From Octopus sinensis (taxonomy: Eukaryota): a stretch of DNA of 64,000 nucleotides. Position 1 is the first letter of the stretch. Each line of letters opens with the position of its first letter. The stretch covers positions 3,038,001 to 3,102,000 of the forward strand of contig NC_043025.1 of NCBI RefSeq assembly GCF_006345805.1, written 5' to 3'. A program made the position numbers and the translations under genes. Shown one piece after another: positions 23,471-36,949 of the stretch. The notes below the pieces were generated by a model, which was not told the origin of the DNA, made no database searches, and saw nothing but the letters and a program-made list of their open reading frames with translations.

Positions 23471-25575
23471 TTTTCTTTATTAGCTACACAGGGCTGCACA
23501 CAGACAACAAATTACAAGGTAGAGCTTTTCTTTTGGGGGTAAAATATAGGGGGTTGGTTTTCGATCAAAGGGGATCGTAAAAGGAAAGAAAGAGGATAAA
23601 AAAAGGGGAGGATTTTTAAAAAAAAGGGGGGGGAGAAGGAAAAAAAGAAAAGGGGAGAGGAAAAAAAGTTGATCAATAGAGATCGTAATCACAGAAATGT
23701 CAATATGAAGTGTAAAGGGAAGGACAGGTGAGGTTTACCCGTGGAAAGAAAAGCCTACGGAAAATACCACGGTAACCTCGGTCAATGAAGTCACATGTTA
23801 TATTTCTTTTTTTCTTTGTTTTTTTTTTGCAAATAAGCAACTCTCTGTATTAATTTTTACGGTTCATAGAATCATAGTCAAGGTGGCTTCGTCATTCATA
23901 TGTGCCAATTTTGCTACATTCACCCATCTTTTTTTAAAACATTCACTAGACAAAACTTGCATCTCTACTCTCACTTTCCTCTCCAAGTGATACTTGAAGA
24001 AGTTGATGAGAGATTGACCAGAGAGGAAAGTGTTTGTCTCTAATCCTTTCAGGCGCGTCCACCAGATACATTCTTTCGCCATAGCCACAAGTATGATAAA
24101 AATAGCTTTTCCTTCCCGTTTGAAGGAAGGAGGCGTGACGATATTAACGATAGACTCGGCTGATAAACCGACACGTCCCACACGTGACAGCAGTCGTTCG
24201 ACATAAGCCCACAGGTCGGAAATTGCTGGACACTGCACGATTGCGTGCAGAGCAGTTTCGTCGCTCTGCCCGCATCTCGGGCAGGTCGGCTCCGTGTTTC
24301 TCGAGCCATGCCTATAGAGCTTATCCCGAACGGGTAGCGCTTCTCAGTAGCACCGCCAGGCCAGGGATCTCTGGAAGTTGTCCATAGGTCCCGGGCCGAA
24401 AGTCGTTTGAAACAGGCGGGTTAGGTATTCCTCGTCGACGCCCAGGTTTGCCCCGAGATCGTCGTCGTACCTCCCCTCCACTAATCCCCTATAGAATGCT
24501 TTGGTTGTGTTGAAGTCACTGAAGGTCGACCCGGGACGGCAGAGTTGCTTGAGAGCAACGCGACACTCGCGGTGCCATTCGCCCTTCCTCGGTCTCTTTT
24601 TGATCCACGACTGTAGTTCGGTCATGGAGACGAGTTGCGGGAATGCGTGCCTCACAAACGGCGACCACACCTGTTCACCGTCGTCTACATAGAGCCGGAG
24701 ATGGTGCAGTCTCAGCGCGTGTCTGCGCATCATCAACCACGGCATGCCCAGCCCTCCTTTTAACGGGTGTTGACAGCAAATGGATCGCCTGACCATCGGG
24801 ACGCATCCTTTCCACAAGAAGCGGAAGAGAATGCGTTCTAGTTTGGTGATGGTAGGGTCGGGACAAGGTACGACGGTCAGGCGGTAGTAGATGATGGACG
24901 CGATGTACGTGTTCGCCACCTCCGCCCGACCATTTAGGGACAGTTTCCTCTCGGCCCATTGCTGGGCGAGAGTGACCACCCTACTCGTTATCTCGTTCCA
25001 GTTCTTCTCCATTTGGCAGTCCGGACCGAACCAGACCCCGAGCAACTCAACCGGGCGTCCCAACTGTCCAGCGTCCCACGACGGAGGTACTGGTGGACGG
25101 CATGGGCTTGCTTCTCCAGGTGCCGAGCCGCAAGCCCACTGACTTTTCCCGGTTGATTTTTGCTCCTGTCACCGCTTCGTAGTCTTTCAGTGTCTCGCCG
25201 ACCCACTCGATGTGCTCGTGGCTTGACACTATGACGGTGACGTCGTCCGCGTATGCAGACACGTTCGTCCCGCATCCCAATTCTCGCGGGATGCCCCTCA
25301 GAGTCGCCAGCTTCCGCAGTAGTGGCTCAAGAGTCAATACGTATAGAAGGGCCGAGAGGGGGCATCCCTGACGGACCGAACGTGCAATGTCCAAAGGTCT
25401 CGATAGATGTCCATTTACACGAATTACCGAACGGATGCCTCTGTACAAGGCAGCTATCCAGCCGCGGAAGACGGGACCGAAACCAGCCGCTCTCAGGACT
25501 GCCTCCAAGTATCGATGGTCTACCCTATCGAAGGCTTTCGATTGATCCAAGTTGATCAGGGCCCCACCAATGCCA
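23471..25575 (-). mobile_element. 5'-truncated Tx1-like (L1 group) LINE, copy A
   Basis: RT motifs LDQSKAFDRVDH, VRQGCPLS, AYADDVTV, LLGVWF, GGLGMP and a C-terminal CxxC..ET..H..C finger. The 3' end reads AATAAAGAAAA and runs directly into (TATC)n. Confidence 0.92.
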
Positions 25576-25897
<322 letters not shown>

Positions 25898-25898
25898 A

Positions 25899-28800
25899 CT
25901 TTCTTTTATTAGCCACACAGGGCTGAATACAGAGGGGACAAATACAAATGTAGAGCTTTTCTTTTCGAGGGTGGGAAAAAAAGGGGGAAAATAAATGTAA
26001 GATTGCGATCAAAAGGGGTCGAGAGGAGGAAAAAAAAGAAAAGAAATCGTGTATCACAGAAACAATGATAAAAACATTGATAAAACAAGATTGGGTTCAT
26101 CCGTGGGAGGAAAAGCCTACAGAAAAGACCACGGGAACCTCAGTTTCTTTTTTACGATCTACAGGATCATGCTTAAAATGGTTTCGTCACTCGCACGCAC
26201 CATCTTTGCAACATTCACCCATCTTTTTTTTAATCTTTCGCGAGACAAAACTTCCCTCTCCATTCTCACCTTCCTTTTCAAGTGGTACTTGAAAAAGTTG
26301 ATGAGCGATTGGCCAGAGAGGTAAGTGTTTGTCTCTAATCCTTTCGCTCGGGTCCACCACACACATTCTTTCACCATGGCCACCAGTACGATGAAAACTG
26401 CCTTGCCTTCCCGGTTGAGGGAAGGGGGCGGAGCAATTCTCACGATAGACTCGGCCGATAGGTGGATTCGTCCCACACGTGACAGCAGCCGTTCGGCATA
26501 AGCCCACAGGTCTGAAATGGTTGGACATTGCACGAGTGCGTGCAGAACGGTTTCGTCGCTCTGACCGCATCTCGGGCAAGTCGGGCCAGTGTGTCTGGAA
26601 CCGTGACTGTAGAGCTTATCCCGAACAGGTAATGCTTCTCGATAGCACTGCCAGGCCAGGGATCTTTGGTGATTGTTCATAAGTCCCGGCCCGAAAGTTG
26701 TCCTGAACAGGCGGGTCAGGTGTTCCTCGTCGACGCCCAGACTCTGCCCGAGTTCGTCGTCGCACCTCCCCTCCACTAATCCTCTATAGAATGCCTTTGT
26801 TGTGATGGAGTCGCACAAGTTCGATCCCGGACGGCAGAGTTGCTTGAGAGCAACGCGTCACTCGCGGTGCCATTCGCCTAGCCTCGGTCTCTGCTTGATC
26901 CATGACTGTAGTTTGTCCAAGGAGACGAGCTGCGGGAAAGCGCGCCGCACAAAAGGCGGCCACACCTGTTCACCGTTGTCTATGAAGCGCCGGAGATGTC
27001 GCGGTCTCAGCGCATGTCTGCGCATCATCAACCACGGCATGCCCAGCCCTCCATTTAGCGGGTGTTGACAGCAAATGGATCGCCTAACCATCGGAACGTT
27101 TCCCTTCCACAGGAAGCGGAAGAGTATACGTTCCAGTTTGGTGATGGTAGGGTCGGGACAAGGCACGACGGTCAGACGATACTCGATGACGGATGCGATG
27201 TACGCGTTCGCCACCTCCGCCCGACCTTTTAGGGATAGCTTTCTCTCAGCCCATTTCTGGGTGAGAGTAGCCACCCTAGTCGTTATCTCGCCCCAGTTCT
27301 TCTCCATTTGGAGGTCCGGACCGAACCAGACCCCGAGGAATTTAACCGGTCCGTCCGTCCAGCGTCCCACGATGGAGGTGCTGTTGGACGGCATGGGCCT
27401 GCTTCTCCAGGTGCCGAGACGCAAGCCCACTGACTTTTCCCGGTTAATTTTTGCTCCCGTTACCGCTTCATATTCTTTTAGTGTCTCGCCGACCAGCTCG
27501 ATGTGCTGGTAGCTCGACACTATGACGGTGACGTCATCCGCGTATGCAGACACGCTCCTCCCGCATCCCAGCTCTCGTGGGATGCCCCTCAGCGTCGCCA
27601 GTTTCCGCAGTAGTGGCTCAAGAGTCAATATATACAGCAGCGATGAGAGGGGGCATCCCTGACGAACCGAACGCATGATGTTAAAAGGTCTGGATAGATG
27701 ACCATTTACGCGAACTACTGAGCGGATGCCGCTGTATAAGGCAGCGATCCAACCGCGGAAAGCTGAACCGAAACCAGCCGCCTTAAGGACAGCCTCCAAG
27801 TAGTGATGGTCTACCCTATCGAAAGCTTTTGATTGATCCAAATTGATCAGCGCCCCACCCATACCAGGATTCTTAACTACCCTGTCTATGATGTAGCGCA
27901 TCAGATGGAGGTTGTCATGAATACTTCTACCCGGCACGGCGCATGTTTGCGCCTTGTCGATTAGTTTCTTGATGACAAGCGCCAACCTCTCGGCTAACAC
28001 CTTGGCCAAAATTTTCAAATATGCGTTGAGCAGAGTGATGGGCCTGAAATTATCTATGACGTCCCCCTTGTTTGGGTCTTTCTTAATCAGTGCCACTGCT
28101 CCTCGTTTTGCTGCCAGTTGCAGTAGACAGCTGCCAAGACGCCTCCAAACAAGTCTGGCATATGACAATAAAGTTCGTAGGGCAGACCATCCAAGCCTGG
28201 TGACTTGTCTCTCGCGCAGCCTACCATCGCATCCTGTACGTCCGCAGCTGTGATAGGCCTTTCACAAGACTCCACCTCTCTTGCTGAGAGTCGTGGCAAG
28301 GCATGCAGGTAGGCACTGAAGTCCACTCTGCGTTCTGACCCACCACTTGTCCCAAACAGTTGGGTGAAGTGTTGTTGAAAAGCCCCACACATCCTTTTAG
28401 GCTCGAGCAATTCGCGCCCCTGTTCATCTATAAGAGACTTGATGGTGGCTCTGTTGCCTCGTTGCGTCTCCACCACTCGGGCCTCTTGGGCGGCTCCAAC
28501 TCCTTCGTTCCTCAGAGCACGCATCCTAGCTCTGACAACGCATCCCTCGTGTTTGGCGTTGAGGTGTTAGTCGAGGGCCAATCTGGCCGCCAGCACGTTG
28601 GACGCGATGCCAGTTCTAAGTGCCTCTTCTAAAACCTTAACTAATTCTCCCTTTATTCTATTTCGGTCTAATGCTAGGGCTTTACTGTATCTGACTGATT
28701 CTGCTTTAATTGCTTTTTTTAGTGCATACCACCATCTGTTGTTGATGATGGTACCCGTCAAAGCTCTCTTAACTAATGTGTTGATCCGGTCCCTGTAAAC

Positions 28801-31800
28801 CCGTCGTGCTGTAAAAGACGCGTTCAGTTTCCAGTAACCAGGACCCTGCCTATGTGTCTTATCTAAATCAAGTGTTCAAGTCACAAACTTGTGATCTGTG
28901 TAACTGACTATATGAAATTGTGGACAACCTACACTATTTTTATCTATTGTCCTACAGAATACTCTAAGTATGATCTGGACGACCCGATGCGGTTACTCCA
29001 TGTCCACATTGGCACATTCGGGTGGCCCAGTCGGTACCTGTCAGACAGTTGGAAACGTCTGAGCAGGTCTTTGAGGCATTTGCGTCCCCTTCTATTGCTA
29101 TCTCTGCCCACGTAGTCTAGATGCGTGTCCAGGGTGGCATTCCAATCCCCCACTAAATGTAAAGGACGAGACGTTCCCATGAAATACTCTAGACGTCGAA
29201 AGAGATCTGGTCGGCATGTTAAGGAGGGAGCATAAACTGCTATCAGTCGAAAAGCACACACATTGCTGCCATCGACATCCAAAACGACCAGCCTACCCTC
29301 CGGGTCTAGGAAAATTACTCTTACTTTGAGATCTAGACTCTTCCGGAGAAGCACCGCGGTGCCACCTCCGCCCATTCTCGGTAGACACGGAGAAAAATAA
29401 ATGTTGAAATGTGTACCGAAACTGTGCTGGAGTGCCCGCGAGCTGTGGAGTCTGGTCTCACTGATGGCTATGATATTCAGATTTAGTGACTTGATGTCAT
29501 TTAACAGGTAGCCTTGTTTCCAAGGCGACCCCAAGCCACGTACATTTATACTGCCTATTCTGAGCATGTTCCGACAAAAAATTGTGTTTTACACACGAAA
29601 AGAAAGTGCAAAAAAGGAAAGAGAGAGAGAAAAGGTTACTTGTTCGAAAGTTCTTTGTTTTTCACCTCACAGTCTTCTTCCATGAGGTTTTTGTATAGTT
29701 TCTTTGATGAATACTTTTGAAATCTCCCTACTGCATCAGGGTAAAGAGATTTCAGGGTGCTGTATGTGTTCTGTGTTACGTGTATTATTTTAATGTGTCG
29801 TGGTGGTGTTGTGCGTGAGTGGTTATTTGTTTTTATGTCGTTTTCAGTTATGTTGGTGTTTGACCTAATGTGTTCCATTAGGTCGTGGTTGTTTGTGTTT
29901 ATGGCTGTCAACAATGTTGGGGGGTTTGATGATGGTGTGTTTGTGTTGATGTGTTTGTTTTCTGTGGATGTTTTTGTTTCGGGGGAGGTGAATCTTCCTG
30001 CTTTGTTTGTTATCTTTTCTTTTCTTTTTTCCCCTTTTTCTTCTCCCCCCTGTGGCTATTTGCCAATCTTCTGTGTCTTCTTCGTCTAATGACAAATCAG
30101 AGGAATCAGAGCTTGAGAGAGGGAAAATATTGGGGTCTATTGTAGACTGTGTTGATTTTGTTGTTGGTGTTGGTTGGTGAGCGTTAGGTTGTGATGTATG
30201 CGGTTTTGGAGGTGGGATGTGGGTATTTTGTGTTTGAGTGATTGTAGGTATTGTTGTGTTGTTTGGGGTGTCAATTTTGTGGGGATTTGGAGTAGTAATT
30301 GTTTCTTCATTTTCGATGAGTGTCTTTTTGGCAGAAGTCCTTGGTTTGGGAGTTGGTTTATTCTTGGTTGTTGTTGTTGTTGGTGTTGCTTCTGTTCTTG
30401 GTGCAGTTGGTGTGGTTGTTTGGTTGGTGAGGTTTATTTTTTGTTGATTTTCTGTGATTAGTCCTGTTCGTGCAAAACGTGGTGTGGGTAGTAAAGCTGG
30501 TTTATTTGTTTTTTCCGGCTGCTGTTGTTTTCTTGCGGCAGATTTGCAATCTTTTTTTAGGTGTTGCTCACAGCCGCATATGTTGCAACGTGGTCTTCTG
30601 CCATCGACGACCACATACAACTTGTGGTCTTCTGATACACATATCTGGGTGGGTATTTTCTTAATGTCCTCTTGGTTTATATGTAGTAGAAATTCTACTT
30701 TTTTTCCCACCCAGTTTTTGTGCTCCGTGACCGTAGTTTCTAAAATTGTGAAATCTTCCATTTTCACACATAAGGCCTTTACTAGCCATAGATTGTTAGC
30801 TATTTTTGGGACATTGTTTAAAGTGATCTTAGTCACTTTCTGTCCACGATAGCTTGGTGTTAGTTGAAGTTCATCTGAATGAAGAGTTAGCGTTGAGAAA
30901 CGTCTTGCTAACTCCTCAGTATGGAAGACCACTTGTATGTGTGCGAACTTGTTCCACCAGGTCACATACTCTTTGTAGTTCCAGATGGGTTTCAAGCATT
31001 TTTCGATTTTGCTTGTGTTAGCCTTCTCTGGAATTTTTGTTTTCTTATTAATTATTTTATATATAATAGTTCTTTTTTTTTCATCTTCGAATATTTCTTG
31101 TGGTATGTTTATTTTTACTATACCATCTACTTCCGTTATTAAAATGTTCGTATCTTTTATTTGTTGTGCAGTAAAATATACTGTTGTCTTTTTCTTTTAT
31201 CGCCTCGGCGAAATTTGTTGTTGTTTTGTTATTGTTGTTGCTGGTGGTGATGTTGTTGTTGGCTGCAGTTGGTAAAATTGCTGTATTTGGTTTGATTGTG
31301 CAAGTAGGAAGGGGTGGAAAATTACTTGCATAGTTTATCCCTGTATTCAAGCAGCTTTTGTCAATTTGTTTGGTGGTCACAGTCTTTTGTTTATTCCCTT
31401 CAGTTCTTGTTGTTGGAGGAAAGAAGGTCTGAACGGAATTGTTGTTGTTGTTATTGTTGTTTTTGTTGTTGGCGGTGGTGTCAGTGGCAGAAGAGACAGC
31501 CGTGGCAGCAGATGTCGAAATGGTGGCGCAAATGTTGTTATTCTTGTTGTCATTGTTATTGTTGTTGTTGTTGGTAGTTGAGGTAGTGGATGAGGTGGCG
31601 GTGGTGGTGGTGGTGGATGCGGTGGTGGTAGCAGTAGTAGTCTTGTTGTTGTTGTTGTTAGTGGTGGTGGTGACAGTGCTGTTATCGCAAGTGGTTGCAG
31701 CGTTCACTGCCATGTCATTTAGGTTTGCACTTTGCGTGCATGAGTTCTTTTTTTCTTCTCCTAGCGTTTCCAGACTAGGAAAATGTTGGTCGATAAAAGA

Positions 31801-32034
31801 ACGCGACCAGCGTTCTACAATACAATTTCTCGACATTTTGAAAATGTCGAGAAGAAAATTACACAAATTAAATAGGGTTGAAACTGCCCCTAGGGGCGAA
31901 TTCCTCCCTTGGAAAAGCACTCAAACGAAAGTTGGGTGCCTTACACACCTTATTTACAAAAATGTGCACAAAATATGGGCTATAAATAGTCAGAATAAAC
32001 GATTACCATCGGAGCCGAAGTGACAGCACGTCCG
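25899..32034 (-). mobile_element. Near full-length Tx1-like LINE, copy B (ORF1 zinc knuckle; ORF2 APE-RT-CCHC), frameshifted
   Basis: ORF1 fragments at 31920-29636 include CNICGCEQHLKKDC. ORF2 starts at 29567 with SINVRGL, ISETRL, VYAP, GDWN (APE endonuclease), then KSPGLDGLP, NFRPITLLN, KAFDRVDH, QGCPLS, YADD and CPRCGQSDETVLH. The 3' AATAAA runs into (TATC)n. Confidence 0.93.
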
Positions 32035-32039
32035 TGGAT

Positions 32040-32090
32040 GGATAGCTAGCTAGATAGATAGATAGGTAGGTAGATAGATAGATAGGTAGG

Positions 32091-32185
<95 letters not shown>

Positions 32186-32195
32186 TTAGACAGAT
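32040..32195. repeat. (GATA)n microsatellite at the 5' flank of Tx1 copy B
   Basis: Visible directly in the sequence. Confidence 0.95.
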
Positions 32196-33061
32196 GAGCG
32201 ATTGATTAATCGATAGATTGATCATTTTTCTATTGTTACATCATTTAAAATTTCAGGAACACAAATCATACAGCCTCAATTCCCGCTCGCTGTCTTCGAT
32301 GAGATCCGTCAATTCTTATTTATGGCGTAGAATTTAAACCAGAGCTGAAAACAATCCCTTACGTTTGTCATCCATTGGGCTGCGCCTATGCTGGAGCACT
32401 GCCTTAAAGTGTTTTAGTCGAACAAATCGACCCCAGTACTTGTTGTTAAGCCTGATGCGTATTCTCGCTGTCCCTTACGCTGATTTGCCTACAGTTACGC
32501 AACTTTATACTTTTGATTTCTTTATTATTAATTACCAGAAAAAAGAAAAACATGAATGCAATTATCGTCAGCGGCAGGCAATTCTGCATCAGACGTAAAT
32601 GCTTTGAAAATGATGTGGCAAAAATTTGAAAAGTTTCAAGTGGTTGTAAGGAATTTAACAAGATTCCGATCGGCCAAATTACTGGGGCGTGAACAAACCA
32701 GAACCTGTTCCCAAGCGGTCATGGTGGACAAACTGAAACACGTACATAAACATATACATAGATATATACATATATGTATATATGTATATAATTAAGGATA
32801 AATGCATCGTCTGTGAGTATGAAATCTCTCCTCATATCTCCAGAAATCGAACTTACTTCAATATGGATGGATTTACATTTTCATTTTCTGGGAAACTAAG
32901 AGGTTTTTTAAAATACTTATTTTAAAACCTGTTATATGACTGTGCAACATTAAAGAACTTTGGAAGTCCGTTTGTTATCTAAATCTGATCTTTATAGAAC
33001 TATCCCTGATGTTTCAGGAGTGTAACCTCACCCCCTTAGATGTTTGGAGAACTCACATGTT

Positions 33062-33151
33062 TTTCGGCTGATGAGTACGGGTCACTTGTATTTGCTGCAA
33101 TATATGCAGCCTTAATAAAGCTGGTCTTCGTACGAAACAATTGTACCGAAA
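33062..33151 (+). ncRNA. Minimal type I hammerhead ribozyme with an intact core
   Basis: TTTCGG-CTGATGA-GTACG...(loop containing AATAAA)...CGTAC-GAAAC-AATT-GTA|CCGAAA. Stems I and II pair perfectly, stem III is the palindrome ACAATTGT, and the cleavage triplet is GUA. Confidence 0.88.
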
Positions 33152-33306
33152 GATTGATCCATTTTTGTTGCTTTTTACTTGTTTATAATCACCCCGCATT
33201 ATCTTATGGTTAATACCATATAGACTTCTGGTGCATCTAAGTTAAGTACCGCATTCATGTGAATTCAACAGAACTCACTTGAATCTTAATTGCTTTTACA
33301 TATATG

Positions 33307-33345
<39 letters not shown>

Positions 33346-33476
33346 ATAACAAAGTGAGTTTGGGGCTACCAATAAATATATATAATTGAAATATAGGATA
33401 AAATTTTTACGAGAATTTATCAAATACTTAGCGTGAAAAACCTCATAAGGGAAAATTTATTAATTATTCCCTATAA

Positions 33477-33845
33477 ATATATTTATTTATATTAAGGGCA
33501 TTACTACACATAAATGCCTCACGCTAGGAGGGTCTCTTGAAGTCAAAACTACTATAATGCCCACATTGTACCGAACGCGAGGGAATGCAACTCTCAAAGC
33601 GAGCCTCCAGAAACAGACTCAGCTGTACATCATATGCTTTCTTAATTAGTGCACAAAATGCACTTTTCACTTATCAGCGTAAGCATAGTCAAGACATATA
33701 AAAATAAACAAAAATCAACGTACCAGACGAACACATGTATCCTTGCGTTTGTTACAATGTGGTTATTATAGTAGTGTTGACTTCAGGAGTCCCTCATAGT
33801 GTAAAGCATTTCTATATAGTAATGCCCTTAGTATAAATAAATACA
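33477..33845. mobile_element. MITE-like element with ~90-bp imperfect terminal inverted repeats
   Basis: 33477-33570 (TATTTATTTATATTAAGGGCATTACTA...GAAGTCAA..CTACTATAAT..CACATTGTA) is the approximate reverse complement of 33753-33845. Confidence 0.55.
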
Positions 33846-33851
33846 TGTATA

Positions 33852-33910
<59 letters not shown>

Positions 33911-33942
33911 GATCAAAATAAAAACATGATGCGAAGAATTCA

Positions 33943-34020
33943 GCGGTACATATGTTTCGGGCCTTTATTAGACAGATTTATAACAATGCATAATGTATGT
34001 CTGTGGCCTTCTTCAGCCGC
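33943..34020 (-). ncRNA. Minimal hammerhead ribozyme (left arm of the inversion)
   Basis: Reverse complement of the 34894-34971 motif. Confidence 0.8.
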
Positions 34021-34893
34021 GCACAACAGCTTCCACAAGGACATGTGTTACATCAAAAATTCTTGGTTGGGGATGCAAATCCTCTCATTCGCGTACGACA
34101 TAATGCGGCAGCAGCTTAGAATTGAAGCGTCCATCTCTTTCTTCTCTCAATGTAGAATGAGGAAAATTGGATGTTGAAGTAATGTAAATAAATAAATACA
34201 TATATAGACGTGAAGATGGAGGGGCGAGAATTCAGGACGAGGGATAAAAAATGTATAAAAAGTGTAAGTATAGAAAAATATAAAAATGTAGAGCATAAAG
34301 ATATAAAGAGATATAAGGAGATGTAAAGGGGGTATAAAGAATATAAAGAAATATAAAGAAATATAAATAAATGTAAAGGCATAAAGTTATAAAGTAAAAA
34401 TAGAAATAGAAATAAAAGTAAAAAAACATGATAAAAATGTAAAAAAATATAAAGATAAGGGATGTATAGAGGTTACGGACCAAACATGGTGGTCAGAAGA
34501 TTGATAAAATTTAGTTGTAGAAGTGTCAATAAATCAACAGTTTCGTCTGGGGACCTAATGTGTTGTAAATCAGAGCTGTTGAGCGTTTAATCTGGTTCTT
34601 TGAATTAATTGGTCTTCTAGTACATACATACCATCATGGATACACACACCCATATACATCCATGATGGTATGTATGTACTGAATTCTCGCCCCTCCATCT
34701 TCACGTCTATATATGTATTTATTTATTTACATTACTTCAACATCCAATTTTCCTCATTCTACATTGAGAGAAGAAAGAGATGGACGCTTCAATTCTAAGC
34801 TGCTGCCGCATTATGTCGTACGCGAATGAGAGGATTTGCATCCCCAACCAAGAATTTTTGATGTAACACATGTCCTTGTGGAAGCTGTTGTGC

Positions 34894-34971
34894 GCGGCTG
34901 AAGAAGGCCACAGACATACATTATGCATTGTTATAAATCTGTCTAATAAAGGCCCGAAACATATGTACCGC
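34894..34971 (+). ncRNA. Minimal hammerhead ribozyme (right arm of the inversion)
   Basis: GCGG-CTGAAGA-AGGCC...AATAAA-GGCCC-GAAAC-ATAT-GTA|CCGC. Confidence 0.8.
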
Positions 34972-35097
34972 TGAATTCTTCGCATCATGTTTTTATTTTG
35001 ATCAATTTACTCCACCACCTACACCACCAAACGGTATACACAGGTGCTTATAATTATCAAGTACTCACCCCGAATTTCTATATATATATATATATAT

Positions 35098-35198
<101 letters not shown>

Positions 35199-35245
35199 CG
35201 TGCGTATGTATATGTGTTTATTTATATCTCATTCTCTCTCACTTA

Positions 35246-35451
35246 CTTGTTTCAGTCATTTGACTGCGGCCATGCTGGAGCACCGCCTTCAGTCGAGCAA
35301 ATCGACCCCGGGACTTATTCTTTGTAAGCCCAGTACTTATTCTATCGGTCACTTTTTGCCGAACCGCTAAGTGATGGGGACATAAACACACCAGCATCGG
35401 TTGTCAAGCAATGCTAGGGGGACAGACACAGACACACAAACATATACACAC

Positions 35452-35538
<87 letters not shown>

Positions 35539-35688
35539 TACGACAGGCTTCTTTCAGTTTCCGTCTACCAAATCCACTCACAAGGCATTGGTCGGCCCGG
35601 GACTATAGTAGAAGACACTTGCCCAAGATGCCACGCAGTGGGACTGAACCTGGAACCATGTGGTTGGTAAACAAGCTACTTACCACAA
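35246..35688 (-). mobile_element. tRNA-derived SINE with an internal (TA)n/(CA)n tract
   Basis: Minus-strand head GTGGTAAGTAGCTTG...GGTTCAGTCCC and tail ...GCTCCAGCATGGCCGCAGTCAAATGACTGAAACAAG. Paralogous to 60894-61326 and 43940-44135. Confidence 0.85.
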
Positions 35689-36584
35689 ATATATATATAT
35701 ATATATATATATACATATTCATATATATATTTTATTTTCTACTTTAGATACAGGTGATCACTGCATATAGAAACACTTCGAAGTGCTGAAGAGATTAGAA
35801 CTTTAGACTTTAGATATGTAAAGCCACGACAAGCAAGCTAGATATTTATTTACATTTACATATGAAGATACATTGAATCGAAAACAAAAAGGTAAATGTG
35901 TGTGGTTATTAAGTATACATAGTCCAATCTTCAAGAAAAACAGTATCACGAATAATATAGGTAGAGTTTTAAATGTTCTACGGCCGTTTCAGGGATCTTT
36001 GTGGTCCTGATATATGACAAATATCAGGGTCCATTGTTGGATAACATCGACTCTCCGGGGGAAGAATTTTATATTAAAGATTTTGCATTTAAAATGTTGA
36101 CATTATAGAGGTTAAGGACTGGTTGATTTTATAGAGAGCTACATCTATTAGGAAGGGATGTTTAGACAGAGAATAGTTGGAGGATGGAGTAAATAGATTT
36201 CAAGATCATAAGGCGACTGATGGTATTAAAGGTGGAGAGTGGTAGAAAGTGGTTTAGTTTATGTCAAGTTAAATTAGTCAAAAAAGGATGAACTTAACCG
36301 TTTCGATATCAGATAAGGGTATGAGAGGGAGGCTATAACTTCTATTCTAGGCTTTCCATCCGACTCATTTGCCCCAGAAAATCCGACTTAGGTCGAATTA
36401 GTTAATGCATTATTGACCGTATTATACACCGTGTCAGGAATAATGTTGAGCTCCCGCTATGGAATTGCACTTGAGACGTTATTTTTGGTCTCCCTCTCTC
36501 CACCATAAACGCACTAATTTACTTCAGTTTGACATGTCAAATTATTGCAATATTTACAATGGACAAGGCGCCGAGTTGGCAGAA

Positions 36585-36775
36585 ACGTTAGCACGCAGGG
36601 CAAAATGCTTAGCGTTCTGTTTTTACGTTCTGAGTTCAAAATTCCGCCGATTTCGACTTTACCTTTCATCCTTTCGGGTTTGAAACATTAAGTACCCGTT
36701 GCGTAGTGGGGTCAATCTAATAAACTGGGCCCTACCCCAACATTTCGGGCTTTGTGACTAGAGTAGAAAAGAATA
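36585..36775 (+). mobile_element. tRNA-derived SINE, second family
   Basis: GGCGCCGAGTTGGCAGAAACGTTAGC (A box)...GAGTTCAAA (B box)...CTTTCATCCTTTCGGG. Related to 44880-45225. Confidence 0.75.
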
Positions 36776-36816
36776 TTTACAATCGACGGACAGGTGTCCT
36801 CATCTTGTTAGTTGTT

Positions 36817-36862
36817 ACTACAACGTTTCGGCTGAGGTATTCTCCAGCCTTCTTCAGGTGTC
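36817..36862 (-). ncRNA. Short hammerhead motif (PLE pseudo-LTR fragment)
   Basis: ACAC-CTGAAGA-AGGCTG...CAGCC-GAAAC-GTT. The 3' strand of stem I is imperfect. Confidence 0.6.
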
Positions 36863-36949
36863 CTGTTAACAATAAAGTGTAGACATCTACCCGTCCAATT
36901 CAAATATCATACATAATTCCTCAACTCTAAATTATAAAACAGTATCAAA

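Larger units (their letters stand above)
33908..35007 (-). mobile_element. PLE 3' end with an inverted pseudo-LTR copy
   Basis: 33908-34235 is the reverse complement of 34679-35007, and each arm carries a hammerhead. A putative endonuclease C-terminal tail (EDQLIQRTRLNAQQL*) reads on the minus strand from about 34618. A 23-bp hairpin (34619-34680) sits at the inversion junction. Confidence 0.75.

Noticed and set aside
21785-23499. ORFs rich in YI, VC, HT or IYLS here and elsewhere in the window
   Set aside because: They are translations of microsatellites.
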